IMG/VR virus record: IMGVR_UViG_3300032030_000023
Location: 1 to 64,000 of that record
Source of the DNA: an uncultured virus (IMG/VR IMGVR_UViG_3300032030_000023)
Taxonomy: Duplodnaviria > Heunggongvirae > Uroviricota > Caudoviricetes
DNA: 64,000 bases
Reading direction: 5' to 3' (one strand)
Shown here in pieces: positions 59,160 through 64,000 of the stretch (position 1 is the stretch's first letter; each line of letters begins with the position of its first letter). The notes under the pieces were generated by a model. That model had not been told where the DNA came from. It made no database searches and saw only the letters and a list, made by a program, of their open reading frames with translations. Position numbers and translations under genes: made by a program.

Positions 59160-59648
59160 ATGAGTGAATATTCATATATAGAAGTTTATTTAAACTATCC
59201 TGGCTGTGAAGATGAAGAAATAGGTCCTGGTGAAGAATACTTTAAAGTAGATCCTAATGATAAAGATACAATAAAAGCTTTAAAGATATTAAAACCTTAT
59301 TTTGAGGATAAAGAAGAAATATATTGTGCAGAAACAGATGGTAATAAAATGACAATTAAAAAGAAAGTATCTAAAGTAAAAATTAAAAGGTATGATTCAT
59401 ATATAGATATATTAAAAGCGGATTGGCTGTTTCCTTCATATGATACTGGATTAATATGTTGTAATAAAATTGATCCTTTTATTGATTTGGTTTCTGAATT
59501 TGGTTATCTTCATCCAATAGTAAAAGAGACTTTTAAATATATCTATGAAATCGATTCGAATTTTTTAAATGAATATATGTCTTGGGCAGAATTAAATGGA
59601 ACTAAACAAGACACTAATATTTTTGTTAATTCATTGAAATTAAAATAA
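59160..59648 (+). CDS. hypothetical protein
   Basis: leader taaggagtaaatactATGagt identical to that of 58431. Confidence 0.55.
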   Translation: MSEYSYIEVYLNYPGCEDEEIGPGEEYFKVDPNDKDTIKALKILKPYFEDKEEIYCAETDGNKMTIKKKVSKVKIKRYDSYIDILKADWLFPSYDTGLICCNKIDPFIDLVSEFGYLHPIVKETFKYIYEIDSNFLNEYMSWAELNGTKQDTNIFVNSLKLK

Positions 59649-59662
59649 AAGGAGTTAATACC

Positions 59663-59902
59663 GTGAATAAATATGTTGTTATATATACAGATCATGGTTG
59701 TACTTGTGATGGTTTAGCAAGAATCCTCGGTACATATAATACTAAAGAAGAAGCTCAAGCTAGTATGACCAAAGATGTTAATCAGTACTTAATAGATAAT
59801 ACTGATTATGAATTAGATGTTGATGAAACTTCTCATCGTATTGTTACTAATAATATTGGTGAAGATGCTTGTACTTGGCAAGTTTTAGAAGTAGAAGTAT
59901 AA
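59663..59902 (+). CDS. hypothetical protein
   Basis: ILGTYNTKEEA motif; aaggag RBS. Confidence 0.55.
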   Translation: MNKYVVIYTDHGCTCDGLARILGTYNTKEEAQASMTKDVNQYLIDNTDYELDVDETSHRIVTNNIGEDACTWQVLEVEV

Positions 59903-59935
59903 ATTGTAAGTAATCTTTAACGAAGGAGAGTATCG

Positions 59936-60196
59936 ATGTCTAAGGAACAAATTAAAACTAATGAAGTAGAATTACGTTTTATAAATACGCTTACTCATGA
60001 TAAACATAATCCGTTAACTTGTGGATTTTGTTTAAGTTATAGTGGTATTGGTGAAGATATAAAGTTAGTTGAACATAATGGGTTTAAGAATTTAAAAGCA
60101 GAAGACATTGATGCTTTCCGTAGAGTAGCAGATATGTTAGAAGCTATGTATAAATTAAAAGGAACTGACTATTTAGAGGAGATGAATAATGCGTAA
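59936..60196 (+). CDS. hypothetical protein
   Basis: aaggag RBS. Confidence 0.55.
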   Translation: MSKEQIKTNEVELRFINTLTHDKHNPLTCGFCLSYSGIGEDIKLVEHNGFKNLKAEDIDAFRRVADMLEAMYKLKGTDYLEEMNNA

Positions 60197-60401
60197 GTTG
60201 TTATTTATGTGTTTATTGTTATTAGCTTCTTGTGATAGTGGTGGCGAAGAAGCACAATATCCTGAAACAAATTCTTGGAGTACTTATTGGATTGTTTGTA
60301 TTGATGGTAAAGAATTTATTGAAGGTGCTAAAAGATTATCTATTAATTTAGATATAGATACTGGTAAACCTATTCCGTGTAATGTAAAAATGAGGAGATA
60401 A
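60189..60401 (+). CDS. putative lipoprotein
   Basis: LLLLASC lipobox; VCIDG...GKPIPC. Confidence 0.6.
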   Translation: MRKLLFMCLLLLASCDSGGEEAQYPETNSWSTYWIVCIDGKEFIEGAKRLSINLDIDTGKPIPCNVKMRR

Positions 60402-60404
60402 ATA

Positions 60405-60734
60405 ATGTCAGATGAAATGTTTACATATTCTGCTAGTGGTTATGTATATGGTACAACTTGGGATGGTCATAAAGGAGCATATACAGCAAGAAATTATAGT
60501 GACTATGATCATGAAGATGAATTAAAAGCAGCAATTAAAAAAGATTTTGAATCTGGTGCTTTAGATTCTGGTTTTGGTTTTCAGCATTTAGATGCAGCTA
60601 ATATGACAATTACCATTAGAGATACAATAGTAGTTAATGGTAAGTTATATCATCGAAATGATGAAGAATCATATATTCTAGGTAAAGATGAAGATGTTGA
60701 AAAATTAAATGACATCTTATCATATGCGGAGTAA
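60405..60734 (+). CDS. hypothetical protein
   Basis: ORF with RBS. Confidence 0.55.
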   Translation: MSDEMFTYSASGYVYGTTWDGHKGAYTARNYSDYDHEDELKAAIKKDFESGALDSGFGFQHLDAANMTITIRDTIVVNGKLYHRNDEESYILGKDEDVEKLNDILSYAE

Positions 60735-60739
60735 AGAAA

Positions 60740-61138
60740 ATGAGTAAATATACAGAACTTAAAGATAAAATGAGTAAATATCATAATGATGGTATTGAGT
60801 ATGTTTTTGGTTTAGATCAATGGCGAGATTATTTGAAACGTCATAATCTAACTGAAGAAGAAGCTAAAGCTACATTAGTTGGTGATGGTTATGGAGGTGT
60901 TGGTACTAAAGAAGCTTTTGCTAAAAGAGATAAATACTTTGAGGAAGTTCAAAAAGAAATCTCAGAACAAAGTAATCCTGAAGAAATCTTTGAACATGAA
61001 TGGTGGAATCATGAGTGTGGATATTCTGGTGATTATACAGAAGCTTTAAGGATTACAAGATGTTATTTTAAACATTATACTCCTAAAGAATCTTTTATAA
61101 ATAAATTACAGAAACGATTTAATGAATGTAATTGTTAA
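60740..61138 (+). CDS. hypothetical phage protein
   Basis: FEHEWWNHECGYSGD motif. Confidence 0.55.
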   Translation: MSKYTELKDKMSKYHNDGIEYVFGLDQWRDYLKRHNLTEEEAKATLVGDGYGGVGTKEAFAKRDKYFEEVQKEISEQSNPEEIFEHEWWNHECGYSGDYTEALRITRCYFKHYTPKESFINKLQKRFNECNC

Positions 61139-61470
61139 GTAATATTATTTATTTTTTTTGTTTTTGTCTATTTTTGTTTATTAGTTTTAGTAACTCATAC
61201 TTAAAGAAAGGAAAAATACAAAAGAAAACAAGTCGAGAAAAAAATAAAAAATAAAAATCAAAGAAACATTAATTAGAATATCTAAAAATCATAAAAATAA
61301 GAAAAAATTATAAAGTTATGCACAGTTATTTTTCTGAAAGGAGTTAAATATGTCAGTAACTATATTATTTCCAAAAAAAGTTGTATATATTTACAAATTG
61401 TTAGTACTTCATTAGTAAATATATATTATTGTATTTATCGTTAATTAAACATAGAAGGAGGACTTTAATA

Positions 61471-61983
61471 ATGAAAATACCACAAAGATTATTACGGTTA
61501 ACTTCAGAGCAACTTGAAGCAAAATTAGAAGAATTACGTAGAGAGTTTGCTGAGTTAACTAAAGACCATAAAAGACAGCATGGTCGTAAAGGTAATGTTT
61601 CAGATAATATTATGGAAGAGATTGTAAGATTAACTAATAATATAGCTTCTGTAAAAACTAGAAAAAAGAACAGAGACCTTGATAAATCTAGGGATAAAGT
61701 TTATAAAGAATCTCTTGGATTACGTTCTGAAGATGAAGCAGATAAGCATGGTATAAAACCTGTTGATGAAAGGAGATACATTAAATGCTTTAAGAGTGGT
61801 TATATAAATGCTCCTGTTTATAGAACATACATTAAAAGAATGACTGGATTATCTTTAAATCAAATGTATGTATTACAAGAAAGAACTGGTTATATTCCAA
61901 CACCTAAGATTAGTTTTAATGAAGCTAAGAAAGATGAGCAAACATTATATGATAGTGGTGAAATATATAGTAAAGTATTATAA
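61471..61983 (+). CDS. hypothetical protein
   Basis: start placed at MKIPQR after aggagg. Confidence 0.55.
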   Translation: MKIPQRLLRLTSEQLEAKLEELRREFAELTKDHKRQHGRKGNVSDNIMEEIVRLTNNIASVKTRKKNRDLDKSRDKVYKESLGLRSEDEADKHGIKPVDERRYIKCFKSGYINAPVYRTYIKRMTGLSLNQMYVLQERTGYIPTPKISFNEAKKDEQTLYDSGEIYSKVL

Positions 61984-62040
61984 TCCACTAAAAAATAATT
62001 TTCTTAATATTAACATCTAAATTAAACTGAAGGAGAGTGT

Positions 62041-62349
62041 ATGATGTTTAGTAAAGATAAGGTAGAAGGTCCTATAAGTAAATCTCAAATGAGTAAACTT
62101 ATTAATCTTATGCTAGAATCTAAAAGAGCTAAAGAAAAATATGATGCTTATAAAGAAGAAATTACTAAAGACCTTAAAGATGGTGAATATGTTATTCCAA
62201 ATGTAGGTAAAGTTATTAAATGTACTTATGTTAAATATCTGTTTGATAAAACAGAATTTTATAATAGTCATCCGAATATTAATTTAGATGATTATCAGAA
62301 AGAGGTAGTAACTACTAAATTAGATATTAAAAATCTATCTAATATTTGA
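62041..62349 (+). CDS. hypothetical protein
   Basis: aaggag RBS. Confidence 0.55.
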   Translation: MMFSKDKVEGPISKSQMSKLINLMLESKRAKEKYDAYKEEITKDLKDGEYVIPNVGKVIKCTYVKYLFDKTEFYNSHPNINLDDYQKEVVTTKLDIKNLSNI

Positions 62350-62421
62350 ATTTTTGGTTTTACATTCTATTATTATTTATTCTAATATGTCTAATGTAAT
62401 TTAATGAAAGGAAAAACAATT

Positions 62422-63630
62422 ATGGCTAATAAAAATATTCAAGACTCTAATCTTATGCCGAAGTTTCAAATTGATACAATTAGATCTGAAGATGGAAGTC
62501 AAGTAATTCCAGGTATCAAAAAGATGTATGAAATTGCTTATGCTTTAAAAGATTCTATTATGCTTTGGGGTGCTCCTGGTATTGGTAAGTCTCAATCAGT
62601 TCAACAATGGAATCAAGAAATGATTGAGAAGATGAAAGAGGAAGGTAAGAAACCTTGGTATCCATATGTAGTAGATGTTCGGTTATCTATGAAAGAACCT
62701 GTAGATATGGTTGGTGTACCTATTCCAGTTAAAGATGATAATGGTAAAGTAACAACACAATGGGCAACTCCTTCGATGTGGCCTACAGAAGAAGATGCTA
62801 AGAACTATTCTGGTGGTATCATCCTGTTAGATGAAATCAATCAAGGTCAAGCTGCGATTCTTAATGCTGCATTCCAGTTGATTCAAGATAGAGCTTTAGG
62901 TGAATATAAAGTACCAGAAAACTTTATGATTATGGCTGCAGCTAATCCTCCAGCTTATAACTCAACTGTTACAGAATTATCTGTTCCGTTAGCAAATAGA
63001 TTTAGTCACTTTAACATTGTACCTAACTTCCAATCTTGGTTGGATTACAGAATCAATCATGGTGGTAACGTAGATGTTATGGCTTACTTAAAATCTCAAG
63101 CAACTAATATGTTCTTTGATGAAAAGACTATGACAAGATTAGTTGGTGAACTTGGAAACGCTATGTTTACAGATATTACAATTACTCCTCGTTCTTGGGA
63201 AGTAATTGAGAAGTTATTAGCATTACCTGGTTTTACTTTAGAGGAAAAACAAAGATATGCAACGGGTCGTTTAGGTTTGCCTGAAGCTAATAAATACTTT
63301 ATGTGGTTAAAGAATAAACAAAAGTATCAAGATTGGCGTGAAATCTTAATTAAAGGTCAGCCGTTTAAATCAGAAGAAGCTTCAGAATATTGGGTAACTC
63401 AAATGAATTGTATCTCAAATATTGTAGCAGAAGCAGATGATACTAAATGTAGAAGCTACATTGAGAACTTCTTAAAAGCTACAAAGCAACTTAAATCTCA
63501 ACCGTATAAAATTACAAACGTTATTCAATTAGCAAGAACATCTCGTTGTAATAAGAACTTAAAGTTATTCAATCCGATTAAAGATACAGCAGATATTGTA
63601 GATTTTGCAATTGCATCTTTGAAGTATTAA
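62422..63630 (+). CDS. MoxR-like AAA+ ATPase
   Basis: Walker A WGAPGIGKS, Walker B ILLDEIN, AAANP, PLANRFSH, TPRSWE. Confidence 0.88.
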   Translation: MANKNIQDSNLMPKFQIDTIRSEDGSQVIPGIKKMYEIAYALKDSIMLWGAPGIGKSQSVQQWNQEMIEKMKEEGKKPWYPYVVDVRLSMKEPVDMVGVPIPVKDDNGKVTTQWATPSMWPTEEDAKNYSGGIILLDEINQGQAAILNAAFQLIQDRALGEYKVPENFMIMAAANPPAYNSTVTELSVPLANRFSHFNIVPNFQSWLDYRINHGGNVDVMAYLKSQATNMFFDEKTMTRLVGELGNAMFTDITITPRSWEVIEKLLALPGFTLEEKQRYATGRLGLPEANKYFMWLKNKQKYQDWREILIKGQPFKSEEASEYWVTQMNCISNIVAEADDTKCRSYIENFLKATKQLKSQPYKITNVIQLARTSRCNKNLKLFNPIKDTADIVDFAIASLKY

Positions 63631-63711
63631 TTTTAAGTTATGATGTAGGGATTAAGTTAAAGTAGAAATACTTAATCCCTTGTTGATGGAGATTAATTGA
63701 AGGAGAAAATA

Positions 63712-64000
63712 ATGTTTGTAATTAAAGATAAAAATTTAGATATGTATGTTGAGCTTAAGACATTTACTCAAGATATAAATATCAGAATAGATATTATACC
63801 TGTAGCAAATATTGAGATTGCAACTCTTTTAGAAGATCAAAGCGAAGTAGATTATGTTATGAATATCATGAAGGATCAAGGAGATGATATTAATAACTAT
63901 GAAGTTTTAGATTATGATAACGAATTAGTTAAAGTTAAAGCTAAAGAAGATGAGCAAACTATTCGTGCAATGGGTAATGCTTGGAGTAATTCTTCAGAAG
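63712..64000 (+). CDS. hypothetical protein, truncated by the window edge
   Basis: aaggag RBS, MFVIKDKNLDMYVELK..., open to the end of the window. Confidence 0.5.
   Translation, partial: MFVIKDKNLDMYVELKTFTQDINIRIDIIPVANIEIATLLEDQSEVDYVMNIMKDQGDDINNYEVLDYDNELVKVKAKEDEQTIRAMGNAWSNSSE

Noticed and set aside
1..64000. Stop-codon reassignment as in some large gut phages
   Set aside because: Conserved genes are full length under the standard code, and TAG/TGA end genes at homologous positions.

Overview
AT-rich fragment of a large T4-like/jumbo myophage genome, standard genetic code. A spanin-like gene pair suggests a Gram-negative host. Left to right: (1) 1-28.6 kb, virion genes: tail sheath, acidic head-type proteins and six paralogous tail-fibre genes (A-F) in mixed orientation around an Mpi-like serine DNA invertase; (2) 29-37.6 kb, replication and nucleotide genes: UvsW-like and DnaB-like helicases, GMP reductase, MazG-like protein, RNase H and an acyl carrier protein; (3) a ~235-nt structured ncRNA candidate and a holin/spanin cassette; (4) 41-56 kb, an expanded family of small paralogues; (5) an iteron-rich, origin-like region near 49.5 kb; (6) small early genes ending in a MoxR-type AAA ATPase. 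The best candidate for an undescribed system is the fibre locus. The six fibre genes share N-terminal, and five share C-terminal, connector peptides. Their leaders contain perfect inverted repeats (25, 23 and 33 bp) that all start or end at an AA dinucleotide inside a weak dyad, consistent with a multi-site invertase switching whole receptor-binding genes. All calls were made by eye; no database searches were run.
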